This document shows, in pieces, positions 1-10,974 of a stretch of DNA of 64,000 nt (position 1 is the stretch's first letter; each line of letters starts with the position of its first letter). Source of the DNA: Candidatus Altiarchaeota archaeon. GTDB taxonomy: Archaea; Altiarchaeota; Altiarchaeia; IMC4; QMZM01. The notes beneath the pieces are model-generated. The model was not told the DNA's origin, searched no databases, and worked only from the letters and a program-made list of their open reading frames with translations. The DNA lies in NCBI GenBank assembly GCA_038891095.1, contig JAWAEV010000001.1:5248-69247 (forward strand), read 5' to 3'. The translations under genes were made by a program, and so were the position numbers.

Positions 1-257
1 CAAAGGAATTCGATGCAAACACTAGGAAGAAATTTTTGCCTGAAAGAAAATGGCCATGGAATATAAATGACGCAGGGTGGTATATACGCTATACTCTTCT
101 TTTAGAAGATTAACAAAGCAGGCATTTATTTATTAAATTAGGAATATTTGGGAGGTAGTAAACATATGCGATATACTCTCTACAGATTGAATATGCTCGT
201 CACTAAGTGTTATATCTTGCCGATTAATCAACTTTAATTCTACTGTTTAATATTGCA

Positions 258-2849
258 ATGATAAGTCACCAAACTAAACCTTACTCAGATGAAGAAATTT
301 TTCAAGAGATGCATCCATTAGTTAGAGAATGGTTTCAGAAGAAATTTAAGGAATTTGCATTACCGCAAAAATTTGCAATTCTTAACATTCACAGAAGGGA
401 GAATACCCTTGTTTCAGCTCCAACTGGCTCAGGAAAAACTTTGACTGCTTTCTTGTCTATAATAAATGAACTTGTAAAACTTTCTGGGAATAATAATCTT
501 GAGGATAAAGTTTACTGCGTTTATGTCTCACCATTAAAAGCTCTGAATAACGATATTGAAAAAAATTTAAATTCTCCATTAAAGGAAATTGAAAATTTAG
601 CAGGAAAAAATTTAGGAATAAGGGTTATGGTTAGAACTGGTGATACATCAACATCAACAAAAGCAAGAATGCTTTCCAAGCCACCGCATATATTAATAAC
701 AACTCCAGAAACATTAGCAATAATTTTAAATGCACCAAAATTCAGAAAATTTTTAAAAGATGTAAAATGGGTCATTGTTGATGAAATTCATTCTTTAGCT
801 GAAAACAAAAGAGGAGTTCATTTAACTTTATCTTTAGAAAGACTTCAAAATTTAGCTGGTAGATTTACAAGAATTGGCCTTTCTGCTACAATTTCTCCCC
901 TTGAAGAAGTTGCAAAATTTTTAGTTGGTTATGAAAATTCAGAGCTGAGAGATTGTAAAGTTGTAGATGTGCAATTTATAAAAAAACTTGATATGAAGGT
1001 CCTCACACCTGTGCCAAATTTGATGAAAACGACACAAAAGGAATTGCACGATTCTCTTTATAATTTACTTTATGAATTAATTTCACAGCATAAAACGACT
1101 TTGATTTTCACTAACACAAGAAGTGGCACTGAAAGAGTTATCCATAATTTAAAGGAAAAATTTCCAAAGGAGTATAATGAAGCAACTATAGGAGCACATC
1201 ATTCTTCACTTTCAAAAGGTCATCGCTTGGATATTGAGAATAGACTAAAAAATGGTGAGCTAAGATGTGTGGTTTCTTCTACATCCTTAGAATTAGGAAT
1301 TGATATTGGCTACATAGACTTAGTTATTCTTTTAGGTTCTCCTAAATCTGTTGCAAGAGCATTACAAAGAGTTGGACGCTCAGGTCATAAATTGCATGAT
1401 ACTGCAAAAGGAAGAATTATAGTTCTTGACAGAGATGACCTAATTGAATGCTCTGTTCTTTTGAAAAATGCACTTGAAGGTAAAATTGATAAGGTGCACA
1501 TACCAAAAAATTGTTTAGATGTTTTAGCTCAGCATTTGTATGGAATTGCAATTGAAGAAAAGCAGAATATTGATAATATTTATGCTCTTATAAGGAGGAG
1601 CTATTGCTATAAAGATCTTGAATTTAGTGACTATGAAGCAGTACTTGATTATCTTTCTGGGAAATATGTTGAATTGGAGCAAAGAAATGTATATGCAAAA
1701 ATTTGGATTGATAAAGAAGCAAGAACATTTGGAAGAAGAAGTAAATTAGCAAGAGTGTTGTATTCAACAAATGTAGGTACAATTCCAGATGAGTCTTATA
1801 TAACAGTAAAAAAACAAGATATAAAAGTTGGTACTATAGAAGAGGACTTTCTTGAAAGATTAAAGAAAGGGGATATTTTTGTTTTAGGTGGCAGATGCTA
1901 TAAATTTCTCTATTCAAGAGGACAAACTGCTCATGTTATGCCTTATGAGGGTGTGCCCACAGTGCCATCATGGTTTTCAGAGCAACTACCTTTGAGTTTT
2001 GACTTGGCTATAGAAATTGGGAAGTTTAGAAAACTTATTGAAGAAAAATTAGAAAAAAATGAAAAGAAAGAGCAAATTGTAAATTTTATTCTCAAGTACC
2101 TTTATGTTGATAAGAATTCTGCAAATTCAATTTTTGAATACATAAGAGAGCAGTTTCTTTATGCAAAAATACCAACTGATAAAAAAATTGTGATTGAATT
2201 CTACCAAGGTTTTAAAAGAAAGTATGTGATATTTCATACAATTTATGGCAGGAGAGTTAATGATGCACTTTCAAGAGCGATAGCTTATTTGATATCAAAA
2301 AGACAACAGAGGGATGTTATGGTATCTCTCAGCGACAATGGTTTCTATCTATATTCAAGTAAGGGGGAAATTCAAGTTTTACAGGCAATAGAAGACCTTA
2401 AAAAATTTTCTTTGAAGGAAATTGCAACAAAAGCAATTGAAAAAACAGAAGTTCTTGAAAGAAGGTTTAGGCATTGTGCAACTCGCGCTTTAATGATACT
2501 ACGCTCATACAAAGGAAAAAGAAAGTCAGTCGGTAAACAACAAGTTGGCTCAAAAATGCTTCTGAATTTTATTAGAAAATTTCAGGAGGAATTTCCAATT
2601 TTGAAAGAAGCTCGTAGGGAGGTTTTAGAGGATCTAATGGATATTGAAAATGCTGAAAAAATTGCAGAGATGATAAAAAAAGGTGAAATAAAAATAGAAA
2701 CAATTTCGACAGATATACCATCGCCATTTGCTTTGAATTTAATTGCTCAAGGTTATATGGATGTGATTAAAATGGAAGATCGTCTAGAATTCATTAGAAG
2801 AATGCATGAAGCAGTTCTAAAGAGAATTGAAAGTAGGCAAGATTTTTAG
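258..2849 (+). CDS. lhr: Lhr-like ATP-dependent DEAD/DEAH-box helicase (Lhr core)
   Basis: Walker [12 protein letters not shown] box and SAT-like motif (LSAT). The 863-aa length fits an Lhr core with C-terminal winged-helix and domain-4 regions. Confidence 0.8.
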   Translation: MISHQTKPYSDEEIFQEMHPLVREWFQKKFKEFALPQKFAILNIHRRENTLVSAPTGSGKTLTAFLSIINELVKLSGNNNLEDKVYCVYVSPLKALNNDIEKNLNSPLKEIENLAGKNLGIRVMVRTGDTSTSTKARMLSKPPHILITTPETLAIILNAPKFRKFLKDVKWVIVDEIHSLAENKRGVHLTLSLERLQNLAGRFTRIGLSATISPLEEVAKFLVGYENSELRDCKVVDVQFIKKLDMKVLTPVPNLMKTTQKELHDSLYNLLYELISQHKTTLIFTNTRSGTERVIHNLKEKFPKEYNEATIGAHHSSLSKGHRLDIENRLKNGELRCVVSSTSLELGIDIGYIDLVILLGSPKSVARALQRVGRSGHKLHDTAKGRIIVLDRDDLIECSVLLKNALEGKIDKVHIPKNCLDVLAQHLYGIAIEEKQNIDNIYALIRRSYCYKDLEFSDYEAVLDYLSGKYVELEQRNVYAKIWIDKEARTFGRRSKLARVLYSTNVGTIPDESYITVKKQDIKVGTIEEDFLERLKKGDIFVLGGRCYKFLYSRGQTAHVMPYEGVPTVPSWFSEQLPLSFDLAIEIGKFRKLIEEKLEKNEKKEQIVNFILKYLYVDKNSANSIFEYIREQFLYAKIPTDKKIVIEFYQGFKRKYVIFHTIYGRRVNDALSRAIAYLISKRQQRDVMVSLSDNGFYLYSSKGEIQVLQAIEDLKKFSLKEIATKAIEKTEVLERRFRHCATRALMILRSYKGKRKSVGKQQVGSKMLLNFIRKFQEEFPILKEARREVLEDLMDIENAEKIAEMIKKGEIKIETISTDIPSPFALNLIAQGYMDVIKMEDRLEFIRRMHEAVLKRIESRQDF

Positions 2850-3104
2850 CCAAGTGTTGCTGAGTTTCAAAAACGCAAAATGTAATTTACTATGTGAGTT
2901 AAAAAACTGTCGCATCCACAATAACAATCATAATAGCGAATTTTGGAGCAATCATAATAATGCCCAAAAAATAAGATTACAAATTAATGGAGAACTATTG
3001 AATAGAATAGCTAATATTAGAAGGGTTGCTAAAATTAAGATTGAAAAGATAACTATCCTCATTTTTTGTACCTTATTATAAGCTGTGTATTGTAACATAT
3101 AAAT

Positions 3105-3974
3105 TCAAACTTTAACTCCCTCCTTTTTAAATCTCTCGAGAAGTGCACTCAAAAATTCTGAGATAATTTCATCTTTTTTATGAATTTCTAAAATCCAAAA
3201 ACGGACACTAAATGTTATTTTTGAATCTGAGATTTCTGAGATTAAAACTCTTGGCTTGAAAATTTCCATATTTAAGGGCTTATCTGCAAAAATTTTTTTA
3301 ATATGTGGTAATTGTAGTATTCTCTCTATAGAGGATTTTCCTTTTTTAGTTGTAGTTGAGAGTATACTTCTATTTTCATTTGCAACTTCTAAAATAATTT
3401 CCCTGACTTTTCCATATTCTGGGGTATAGGGAATTTTTATTTGTATTGGCACTTCTGTAAAACCTGCCTTTGTGTAGTTTATTATCTTTGAGGATAAAAG
3501 TGCTGAATTTGGAATATAGACCAATTTACCATCCATGTCCCTTATAGTTGTGCTCGTAAGGGTTATGTCTTTAACTCTGCCTATCCCTGTATCTGGAACT
3601 CCACCAACCTTAACCCAATCCTCAATTTGTATTTGTCCTTGAAATGAAATTAAAATTCCTGCAATCACGTTTTGTATTATCTGCTGTGAAGAAAATGCAA
3701 TTGCGATACCAATAATTCCTAATGAAGCCACAAGAGCAGTTAAATCTAAACCAAGCTCATAGTATATACCATAATACAATCCCGCAAAGATAAAAAAATA
3801 TTGTAAAATTCTTGCGACAATTTTTGAATTTCTAATTGATATCCTTTCATCAAAAAATCTTCTCGCGAGAAAGTTAACTAAATTTCCGAAAATAAGCGTG
3901 ATTATGAATGTAAAAAGGAATAACAGAAAATTTTCTATTGTTACATTACCTATGAGAATTTTACTTTCTGCCAT
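3105..3974 (-). CDS. MscS-family small-conductance mechanosensitive channel
   Basis: N-terminal TM helices followed by an MscS beta-domain-like region (IQIEDWVKVGG...GRVKDITLTSTTIRDMDGKLVYIPNS). Confidence 0.75.
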   Translation of the reverse strand: MAESKILIGNVTIENFLLFLFTFIITLIFGNLVNFLARRFFDERISIRNSKIVARILQYFFIFAGLYYGIYYELGLDLTALVASLGIIGIAIAFSSQQIIQNVIAGILISFQGQIQIEDWVKVGGVPDTGIGRVKDITLTSTTIRDMDGKLVYIPNSALLSSKIINYTKAGFTEVPIQIKIPYTPEYGKVREIILEVANENRSILSTTTKKGKSSIERILQLPHIKKIFADKPLNMEIFKPRVLISEISDSKITFSVRFWILEIHKKDEIISEFLSALLERFKKEGVKV

Positions 3975-4004
3975 TTTATTTGTTTGCTACTGAGATGCTA
4001 ACCA

Positions 4005-5063
4005 TTAAATCCATTTCTTTTTCTTGAAATATGATATCATAATAATTGCCACACTTAACATAATAATTAAAACCAAAGGATAACCAAACTCCCACTCAAG
4101 CTCAGGCATATATTTAAAATTCATTCCATAAATTCCTGCAATAAAGGTAAGTGGAATAAAAACTGTTGCAATTATTGTTAGAACTTTCATCACTTCATTA
4201 AGTTTGTTACTAATGCTTGAAAGATATATGTCAATCATGCCAGAAAGCATTTCTCTAAAAGTTTCTATTGTGTCAATGATTTGGATTATATGATCGTAAA
4301 GATCTCTGAGATAAATACGAGTTTGTTTATGAATAACATTTGATGTGCTTCTTTCAACTCCATTCACAACTTCTCTTAAGGGCCACACACTTTTTCTCAG
4401 TAAGAGCATTTCTCTTTTTAAATTATAAACTTTCTTTAATGTATTTGTTGAGGGGTTAGTTATTATCTCATCTTCAAGTTCTTCTATAATCCCACCAATA
4501 TTTTCCAAAATTATAAAATAATTATCGACTATTACATCTATTAAAGAGTAGAATAGGTAGTCAGCACCCATATTTCTAATGTTGCTTTTCTCTTTTTTGA
4601 GTCTTTCTCTCACAGGATTAAAAACATCTCCAACACTCTCTTGAAATGTAATAAGAAAATTTTGGCCTAAAATTAAACTAACCTGTTCTGATTTTATTCT
4701 ATTTTCATCTCCATAAGATAACATTCTTAAAACAGTGTAGATATAATTACCAAAGTCCTCTATTTTTGGTCTCTGATCCGTTGTTAGTATGTCCTCAAGT
4801 ATTAGTTGGTGAATACCAAATTCTTCTCCTATTCTTTTTATTATACCAACATTACTTAAACCATCGATATTTATCCATTTTATTTTATGTGACTCACTAA
4901 TTTTAAAGCAATCTTCTATGTTCTCTATTCTTTTCTCATGAAAATTTTTCTCATCATATTCAATAAGGGTTATCCTTACTTCTTCAATTTTTTTCTTTCC
5001 TATATGGATTAAAGCACCTGGTGCCAATCCAATTTTTTTAGCTCTTGTTATTTGCTTTTCCAT
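4005..5063 (-). CDS. corA: CorA-family magnesium/cobalt transporter
   Basis: C-terminal two TM helices flank the signature YGMNF (GMN motif). 352 aa is typical of CorA. Confidence 0.85.
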   Translation of the reverse strand: MEKQITRAKKIGLAPGALIHIGKKKIEEVRITLIEYDEKNFHEKRIENIEDCFKISESHKIKWINIDGLSNVGIIKRIGEEFGIHQLILEDILTTDQRPKIEDFGNYIYTVLRMLSYGDENRIKSEQVSLILGQNFLITFQESVGDVFNPVRERLKKEKSNIRNMGADYLFYSLIDVIVDNYFIILENIGGIIEELEDEIITNPSTNTLKKVYNLKREMLLLRKSVWPLREVVNGVERSTSNVIHKQTRIYLRDLYDHIIQIIDTIETFREMLSGMIDIYLSSISNKLNEVMKVLTIIATVFIPLTFIAGIYGMNFKYMPELEWEFGYPLVLIIMLSVAIIMISYFKKKKWI

Positions 5064-5119
5064 TATTAATTTATTAATTCAAGGAAGATAATAAGGGAAC
5101 AAAAATGTAAAGATATGAA

Positions 5120-5884
5120 ATGAAATATAAGATGCCAACCAACACAAAAAATAAAAAAAAGGAAATATTTCCTGGAGTTGAAATTCATGGATTAACACTC
5201 TACTTAAAAAAAGAAAAAGTTCTTGTAATAGGAGACTTACATCTGGGCTATGAAGAAGAACTCAATTCTTTAGGTTTCCTTGTACCTAAATTTCAATACA
5301 GGGAGATTATCACATATCTAAAAAAAATTTTTTCTAAAATTCCTTCTCTTGAGAAAATTGTTATTAATGGTGATTTAAAGCACGAATTTGGTAGGATTTC
5401 CAAACAAGAATGGAACGAAGTCCTTTCTTTTTTAGATTTTTTGAAAAGTAATGTTAACGAAATTTTTTTGATAAAGGGAAATCACGACACAATTCTCGGA
5501 CCTTTAGCTGAAAGAAAAGAATTAAAAGTTTTGGAATATTTCTATATTGCTAATGAGAAAATTTATATTTGCCATGGACATAAAATCCCTGATGATGAAA
5601 ATTTTGAAAGATCTAAGGTTGTTATTATTGCGCATGATCATCCTGCTCTTGGTTTGAGGGAAGGCCTCAGAGTTGAGAAAGTTAAATGCTTTCTGAAAGG
5701 AATGTGGAACGAAAAAATTCTAATTCAAATTCCTTCTTTAAATTTTGTTGTTGAAGGTTCAGATATCTCTCAAGAAAAAATGCTCTCACCATTTATGAAT
5801 GAGATAGAAAATTTTGACATATATTGTATAGAAAGAGAGAATTTATTCTACTTTGGTAAAGTAAAACATATCTATAAACATTAA
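5120..5884 (+). CDS. SbcD/Mre11-related calcineurin-like metallophosphoesterase (archaeal putative phosphoesterase family)
   Basis: Metallophosphoesterase motifs GDLHLG, GDL, GNHD and GH..HDH. The short 254-aa form fits the archaeal SbcD-related family. Confidence 0.6.
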   Translation: MKYKMPTNTKNKKKEIFPGVEIHGLTLYLKKEKVLVIGDLHLGYEEELNSLGFLVPKFQYREIITYLKKIFSKIPSLEKIVINGDLKHEFGRISKQEWNEVLSFLDFLKSNVNEIFLIKGNHDTILGPLAERKELKVLEYFYIANEKIYICHGHKIPDDENFERSKVVIIAHDHPALGLREGLRVEKVKCFLKGMWNEKILIQIPSLNFVVEGSDISQEKMLSPFMNEIENFDIYCIERENLFYFGKVKHIYKH

Positions 5885-6036
5885 AGCCCAATTATACTTT
5901 CCAACGGAAGCACAACAAAAAGAATTAGATTATTTCTTTTTGTGTCTCATCTTTTTTCTTCTTTTCTTAAGTTTATGCTTCCGCATCTTTTGTATTTTTC
6001 TTTTTCTACCGCATGGCATAATTTATTTTAGGAAAT

Positions 6037-6050
6037 TTATAAATAAAAAT
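6037..6050 (+). promoter_or_regulatory. Candidate archaeal TATA box (tttataaata) about 45 bp upstream of the FG-GAP gene start
   Basis: AT-rich TATA-like octamer in an intergenic region. This is positional inference only. Confidence 0.3.
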
Positions 6051-6088
6051 ATATTGTTTTTTTAGATGAAATTACAATTAGTTTACAT

Positions 6089-8266
6089 ATGAAAAAAAAT
6101 TTGCTCGCGCTTGGAATTTTTTACTTTGCATTCCTTCTAATTTTTTCAATTTTTGTTTTTGGAATAGAAGAAGAGCAGTTCAATGAGAAATGGAATTACA
6201 CCACTGGTGGTATGATAACAGATCTATGCATTGGTGATTTTGATAACGATGGTAAAAAAGAAATTGCTACAGTAAAATCAATTGAGACATTAGTTGGCTC
6301 CGGTGGAGATTTTAGAATAGTGAACTCAACTGGGAATTTAATTTGGAAAAAAGATATTGGATGTAAAATTTATTCAATCTTTTGTGAAGATATAGATAAC
6401 GATGGCTATGATGAAATTCTTGTTGGCTCATGCACTCATTTGCATGTTTTCAATTATACTCAAGAAAAAGAATGGCAATTTTTCACTGATCATGGTGCTG
6501 TGAAGATAATTTTTCCTTTTGATTTTGATAATGATGGAAAAAAGGAGTTATTGATTGCTACTACTGACCCAATGTCGAAAAGAAATAACAACATTTACCT
6601 CGTAGATAACAGAGGACAGTTAATATGGAAAAAAAATTTACCTTCTTCTCCAAATTCAATAGATGTCAAGGATATAAATTCTGATGGTTTAAAGGATATC
6701 ATTGTAGCTTCTGGCATTTCATCTATTGGAATTTCTGCATACAAAGGTTGGATTACGGTTTATAATGAAAACGGCACTTTACAATGGGAAGTGAGAATTA
6801 AAAATGGTGCAGAAAGTGTAAAAATTACCGAAATAAATAGGGATAAAAAACCTGAGATAATTGTTGGGTCACTTTATACAATTTACTTGTTTGATAGTAA
6901 TGGAAATGAAAAAAAGCAGTATAATATAAGTGGTCATGCATATGCCTTAGAAGTAATTAATGCCAAAGATGAAATTCTCTTGATCGTAGGAACAAATGAT
7001 CTAATTGCATTAGATTCGAATTTCAAATTTAAGTGGAGTTATAATACTGCTGATGAGGTATATGACATAAAAATTTTTGATATAGACAATGATGGAAATG
7101 AAGAAATTTTTGCCGTTTCTGATAGAGTTTACTTGCTAAGCAATGGAGGTAAATTACTCTGGCAATCTCCAAAAGCAGCGGGGGTGAAAAAAATTGTAAT
7201 TGATGATTTAGAAAATGATAAGTACAATGAGATAATTTTTGGCACTCTTGACGGGAAGATTTATGTATATGAAACAAAAGGGAATGTAAAGGGGAAACTT
7301 GCTGAAGAGAATTTCTTAAAGGCAGAAAAGGCATTTAACGCTGGTAATTATGATAACTCAACCAACTATGCAAAAATTGCTAAGAAACTATATGAAGAGT
7401 TGAATATGAATTCTAAAGCAAAAGAGTGTGATGAGCTGATTAAAAAAATAAATGCAATTATCTCAGAAGATTTAAGAAATAAAAAAGAGGCAGATGAAAA
7501 TTACAACAAATCAATGAATTTTTTTATGAATGAAAATTTCAGTTCTGCATTAACTTTCGCCAGAAAGGCAAAATTGTTGTATTCTGGAATAAAAAAGAAA
7601 ACTCCAGAAATTGAGAAAAACATTGAAAATTGTGATATCATTGTTAAGAATTCTATCGATGGTTTAAAGTTAAGGGCTGCTTTATTATATGAAAATGCTA
7701 CATATTTATACGGAACTAAAAATTATGGACTTTCTTTGAATTTATCAAGAGAGATTTTAGATATTGGAATACTACTCAAAGACAAGAATATTAGCTTAAA
7801 AGCAAATTTAATGATCGCAAATTCTCTGTGCAAAATTTCTGAAATAGAATATAGAGAGAGTAGAATAGAGAGTGCAGTGTTAAATGCAAAAGAGGCGATT
7901 GAAATTTACAATGAGTTAGGGAATGAAACAGCAGGTAATGAAATTTTAGAATGCTCCAAAATTCTTGAGAAAATTGAAAAAAAACAAAGCTATGCAGAAA
8001 AACCAAAGGAAGTTAACATGAGTAATATTACAATAATTCTCATTGTTTTAATTTTAGCAATATTTTTAGCTGTGTTTTTCATTAGAAAAAAACATTATAT
8101 AGTTAGTAAAGATACTACTAAAACTGAAGTCGAAAATAAAGTTGAAGCCGTGGAAATAAAAACAATAGATGAACTAAAAGAAAAATCCGAAAAGAAGGAA
8201 CTTGAACCAATAAAAAAAGATAAGTTTAAAGGTATTGGAAGATCTCTAAAGCCTTTAAAGTTATAA
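6089..8266 (+). CDS. Surface protein with 7 FG-GAP/Ca-binding beta-propeller repeats, a helical TPR-like region, a C-terminal TM anchor and a Lys-rich tail (integrin-alpha-like architecture)
   Basis: N-terminal hydrophobic signal/anchor. Seven spaced DxDxDGxxE loops (DFDNDGKKE, DIDNDGYDE, DFDNDGKKE, DINSDGLKD, INRDKKPE, DIDNDGNEE, DLENDKYNE). TM segment ITIILIVLILAIFLAVFFI followed by a K/E-rich tail. Confidence 0.6.
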   Translation: MKKNLLALGIFYFAFLLIFSIFVFGIEEEQFNEKWNYTTGGMITDLCIGDFDNDGKKEIATVKSIETLVGSGGDFRIVNSTGNLIWKKDIGCKIYSIFCEDIDNDGYDEILVGSCTHLHVFNYTQEKEWQFFTDHGAVKIIFPFDFDNDGKKELLIATTDPMSKRNNNIYLVDNRGQLIWKKNLPSSPNSIDVKDINSDGLKDIIVASGISSIGISAYKGWITVYNENGTLQWEVRIKNGAESVKITEINRDKKPEIIVGSLYTIYLFDSNGNEKKQYNISGHAYALEVINAKDEILLIVGTNDLIALDSNFKFKWSYNTADEVYDIKIFDIDNDGNEEIFAVSDRVYLLSNGGKLLWQSPKAAGVKKIVIDDLENDKYNEIIFGTLDGKIYVYETKGNVKGKLAEENFLKAEKAFNAGNYDNSTNYAKIAKKLYEELNMNSKAKECDELIKKINAIISEDLRNKKEADENYNKSMNFFMNENFSSALTFARKAKLLYSGIKKKTPEIEKNIENCDIIVKNSIDGLKLRAALLYENATYLYGTKNYGLSLNLSREILDIGILLKDKNISLKANLMIANSLCKISEIEYRESRIESAVLNAKEAIEIYNELGNETAGNEILECSKILEKIEKKQSYAEKPKEVNMSNITIILIVLILAIFLAVFFIRKKHYIVSKDTTKTEVENKVEAVEIKTIDELKEKSEKKELEPIKKDKFKGIGRSLKPLKL

Positions 8267-10024
8267 TAAAAATTTTCTTTTCTGATGTTTTAGCAATGAT
8301 GGCTCATATTTCAAAAGCAATTCTTCTTCTTTTATTTTTTCAAGTTTTCTTATTTCTTTTTGTTTTATCTCTGAGAAAAGATATTTATTTCTCTCATAAA
8401 TTTCCAAAAGTTCTGATGTTCTCTCACCACTTTGCATCTCTGGAAATATAACAAAATCTGCTCCTTTCTCATAAAGCTCAAGAGCATTATCAATTGACTC
8501 TGCTCTCACAACAAAAAATGCACCTGAATTTAGCTCTCTAACTTTTTTCAATAGCATTAAGTTATCATCATGTGTAGGAATTGTTGATATCACTAACTCA
8601 GCGCCCTTTAGATTTACCCTTTCTAAAATTTCTAAGTCTTCGATGTCACCGTAAATACAATTTATCCCTTGGGTTAGCAATTTCTTTATTATGTCAGGAT
8701 TATAATCAACTACTAAAAATTTCTTTTTTAGTCTCATTAAAGTTTTCACAATCATATAACCAGTACGATGACACCCAAAAACAATAGTATGATTTTTTAG
8801 AGATTCTGAGATTGATTCAAAATCTTTTTTCTTTGGAATTTTGTTAGAGAAACCAAGAAAAGGAACAAAAATGCGATATAATTTTGATGAATGTATTATC
8901 ATATATGAACTTATCGTCAATGTAATCAATGTCACCCAAGCTATCGAAGAGAGAATATCTTTTTGAATATGCCCAAGTGAAAGTCCTTCTGAAACTAATA
9001 CCAATGAAAATTCAGATACTTGAGCAACAGAAATTGCAGTTAGAAAAGATGTTCTCTTGCTATATCCTAAAAGAGAGGCAATTAAGAACATTATGATTAC
9101 ATTTCCGATTAAAACAAAAAGTGAAAATATAATTACTTCTTCTATAACTAAAGGTTTTATCGAATCATGAATTGTTGCTGAAACTTGCATACCTAAAGAG
9201 GCAAAAAAAATTGTTGCAAAGAAATCTCTCATTGATCTGACTCTACTAACAATTTCTAAATTATATGGAAATGATGCCAATGATAAACCAGCAAGAAATG
9301 CTCCTATGCTGATAGAAAAGCCAAGAAGATATGAGATAAAAGAGAAGACAAAACAAACTGACAAAGCAAATAAAAATAAAAGCTCTAACGACCTTGAGCT
9401 GAATCCTATCAATGGTGGTAAAATAAATCTGCCTATAACTACTGAAATTGAAAAAAATCCAAATCCTTTTACTACAGAGAGTAGCAATGGCACTATAGAA
9501 AAATTTCCTAAATTTGGCAATGCTGCCAATACAACTATTGTTATAACATCCTGAACTAAAAGAATCCCTAAGACAATTTTTCCATGCAAAGTTTGTAACT
9601 CATTTATATCAGAAAGTAATTTCACTACAACAGTTGTCGAACTTATTGTTAATGCAAAGCTAACATAAAATGCTTCTATTTGAGATAAACCAAAAAGAGA
9701 GGATAATAAAAAACCGAAAATAAAGGTAAATAAAATTTGTCCTATTCCACAGGATATTGAAACCCTTCCAACATTCTTTAGCTTTTTAATATCTAACTCC
9801 AAACCAACAAAAAATAGAAGAAATGCTATGCCAAGTTCAGCAAAAATTTTTATAATTTCTTCATTTGTAACTAATCTCAATCCAAAAGGACCAACAACTA
9901 TGCCTGCAATGACATATGCAACTACTAAAGGCTGCTTGAGTATCTTAGCAAAAAAAGCAAATAATGTTGATGAAAATATTATTATGCCTAAATCAAATAA
10001 CAAAAGCATCCCTTGAGCTTCCAT
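8261..10024 (-). CDS. CPA2 (Kef/NapA-type) monovalent cation:proton antiporter with C-terminal RCK/TrkA-N domain
   Basis: About 12 TM helices, then a Rossmann-like TrkA-N segment (HTIVFGCHRTGYMIVKTL...VVDYNPD). Confidence 0.75.
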   Translation of the reverse strand: MEAQGMLLLFDLGIIIFSSTLFAFFAKILKQPLVVAYVIAGIVVGPFGLRLVTNEEIIKIFAELGIAFLLFFVGLELDIKKLKNVGRVSISCGIGQILFTFIFGFLLSSLFGLSQIEAFYVSFALTISSTTVVVKLLSDINELQTLHGKIVLGILLVQDVITIVVLAALPNLGNFSIVPLLLSVVKGFGFFSISVVIGRFILPPLIGFSSRSLELLFLFALSVCFVFSFISYLLGFSISIGAFLAGLSLASFPYNLEIVSRVRSMRDFFATIFFASLGMQVSATIHDSIKPLVIEEVIIFSLFVLIGNVIIMFLIASLLGYSKRTSFLTAISVAQVSEFSLVLVSEGLSLGHIQKDILSSIAWVTLITLTISSYMIIHSSKLYRIFVPFLGFSNKIPKKKDFESISESLKNHTIVFGCHRTGYMIVKTLMRLKKKFLVVDYNPDIIKKLLTQGINCIYGDIEDLEILERVNLKGAELVISTIPTHDDNLMLLKKVRELNSGAFFVVRAESIDNALELYEKGADFVIFPEMQSGERTSELLEIYERNKYLFSEIKQKEIRKLEKIKEEELLLKYEPSLLKHQKRKFLL

Positions 10025-10039
10025 TCTTTTTATTGGGCT

Positions 10040-10528
10040 TTACAAATGAAAAATTTTTGCTTTTAAATTTTTTGTGTCAAGTAATGCTACTGTTTTATTT
10101 CCTGTTAAATATCCGCATGTTTCACCGGGATTTATTATAAGTTTTTTCTTCTCTGCTTTAATTTCTGCCTTATGAGAATGTCCAAGAATTATTATGTCAT
10201 ATTTATTATACTTTATCAACGCTTTTGAGATTTCATCATCAGTACCATGATACAAAGCAATAAATTTTCCATTTTGCTCCAATTCATGAAAATCCTTTAG
10301 CTCACATCCAATTTTTTTATAAACTTCAGCTAAGTGAACTCTATCACCATCATTATTGCCAAAAACTCCTATAAGCTTTGAATTCAAATTTTTAAATTCT
10401 TTTGCTGTAAATGGTGCTACATAGTCTCCAGCATGTAAAACAACTGAAACATTCTGTCTATTAAAAAAATTTACTGCCTTTTTTATTGCATCTAAATTGT
10501 CGTGAGTGTCAGATAATATGCCGATCAT
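10040..10528 (-). CDS. MJ0936/YfcE-family metallophosphoesterase (phosphodiesterase)
   Basis: MIGILSDTHDN...HAGD...GNND...GHSH motif series. 162 aa. Confidence 0.75.
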   Translation of the reverse strand: MIGILSDTHDNLDAIKKAVNFFNRQNVSVVLHAGDYVAPFTAKEFKNLNSKLIGVFGNNDGDRVHLAEVYKKIGCELKDFHELEQNGKFIALYHGTDDEISKALIKYNKYDIIILGHSHKAEIKAEKKKLIINPGETCGYLTGNKTVALLDTKNLKAKIFHL

Positions 10529-10638
10529 TCTTCTTAGATAATTCTCAGATAATTATCTTCTTTACTACTTTAAATACTTTAGAAGAAAGGAAAATTGAAA
10601 CAGCAAAACAAAAAGCAAAATAAGAAAAAATTAAAAGA

Positions 10639-10665
10639 AAAACCGTTAGCTAAACTAACGGTTTT
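10639..10665 (-). terminator. Perfect 11-bp-stem hairpin (AAAACCGTTAG / CTAACGGTTTT, 5-nt loop) followed by a T-run on the minus strand, immediately downstream of MC1
   Basis: Inverted repeat read directly from the sequence. On the transcribed strand it is followed by TTTCTTTTAATTTTTTCTTATTTT. Confidence 0.5.
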
Positions 10666-10683
10666 TAGACTAAAAAGAAATAT

Positions 10684-10974
10684 TTATTTCTTAACTTTTT
10701 CAACCTTCACTTTCTTAACATTTGCTTCCCAGATTTCATCTGGCATCCAAGATGGAGCGTTTTCTGGCTTTTTAACCTTCTTTCGAGAGCCCTTAAACAC
10801 ATGAATTCTCCACATTCCGTCTTTTTTTCTACCATGCTCCCTTAACCTAATGTCTGTATATCCTCTTCTAGCTGCTTTTAAAGCTGCATTTCTTGGTGCT
10901 GTCCCTGTAAAAACAGCCACCTCCTTATTCCCCTCCAAAAGGGAATAATATTTTTTCTTTCCTTTCTTTGCCAT
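10684..10974 (-). CDS. Chromosomal protein MC1 (archaeal non-histone chromatin protein)
   Basis: 96 aa. VFTGTAPRNAALKAARRG...IRLREHGRKK...HVFKG...PENAPSWMPDEIW matches conserved MC1 blocks known from Methanosarcina MC1. Confidence 0.8.
   Translation of the reverse strand: MAKKGKKKYYSLLEGNKEVAVFTGTAPRNAALKAARRGYTDIRLREHGRKKDGMWRIHVFKGSRKKVKKPENAPSWMPDEIWEANVKKVKVEKVKK

Noticed and set aside
521-775. Antisense ORFs inside well-supported genes (521-775, 7029-7334, 7791-8006, 8581-8787, 9306-9554, 9828-10016, 12199-12396, 13937-14400, 18906-19100, 19698-20003, 21965-22402, 26776-27271, 33167-33382, 33976-34167, 35235-35465, 37907-38257, 43165-43827, 45562-46228, 47088-47270, 47696-47914, 49266-49538, 51501-51951, 52049-52726, 53665-53880, 55784-56044, 56975-58534)
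   Set aside because: Each lies opposite a longer ORF with clear family motifs. Their translations are low-complexity and typical of AT-rich antisense frames. The 37907-38257 frame is open only because the Roadblock gene is GC-rich.
2827-3081. 84-aa ORF in the convergent gap between lhr and mscS
   Set aside because: Asn/His-rich low-complexity translation, with no start context and no motif. More likely intergenic terminator space.
5120-5884. Calling the metallophosphoesterase Mre11 proper
   Set aside because: It is far too short (254 aa versus about 400), has no capping or DNA-binding domain, and is not adjacent to the Rad50-like gene. It is kept as an SbcD-related phosphoesterase only.
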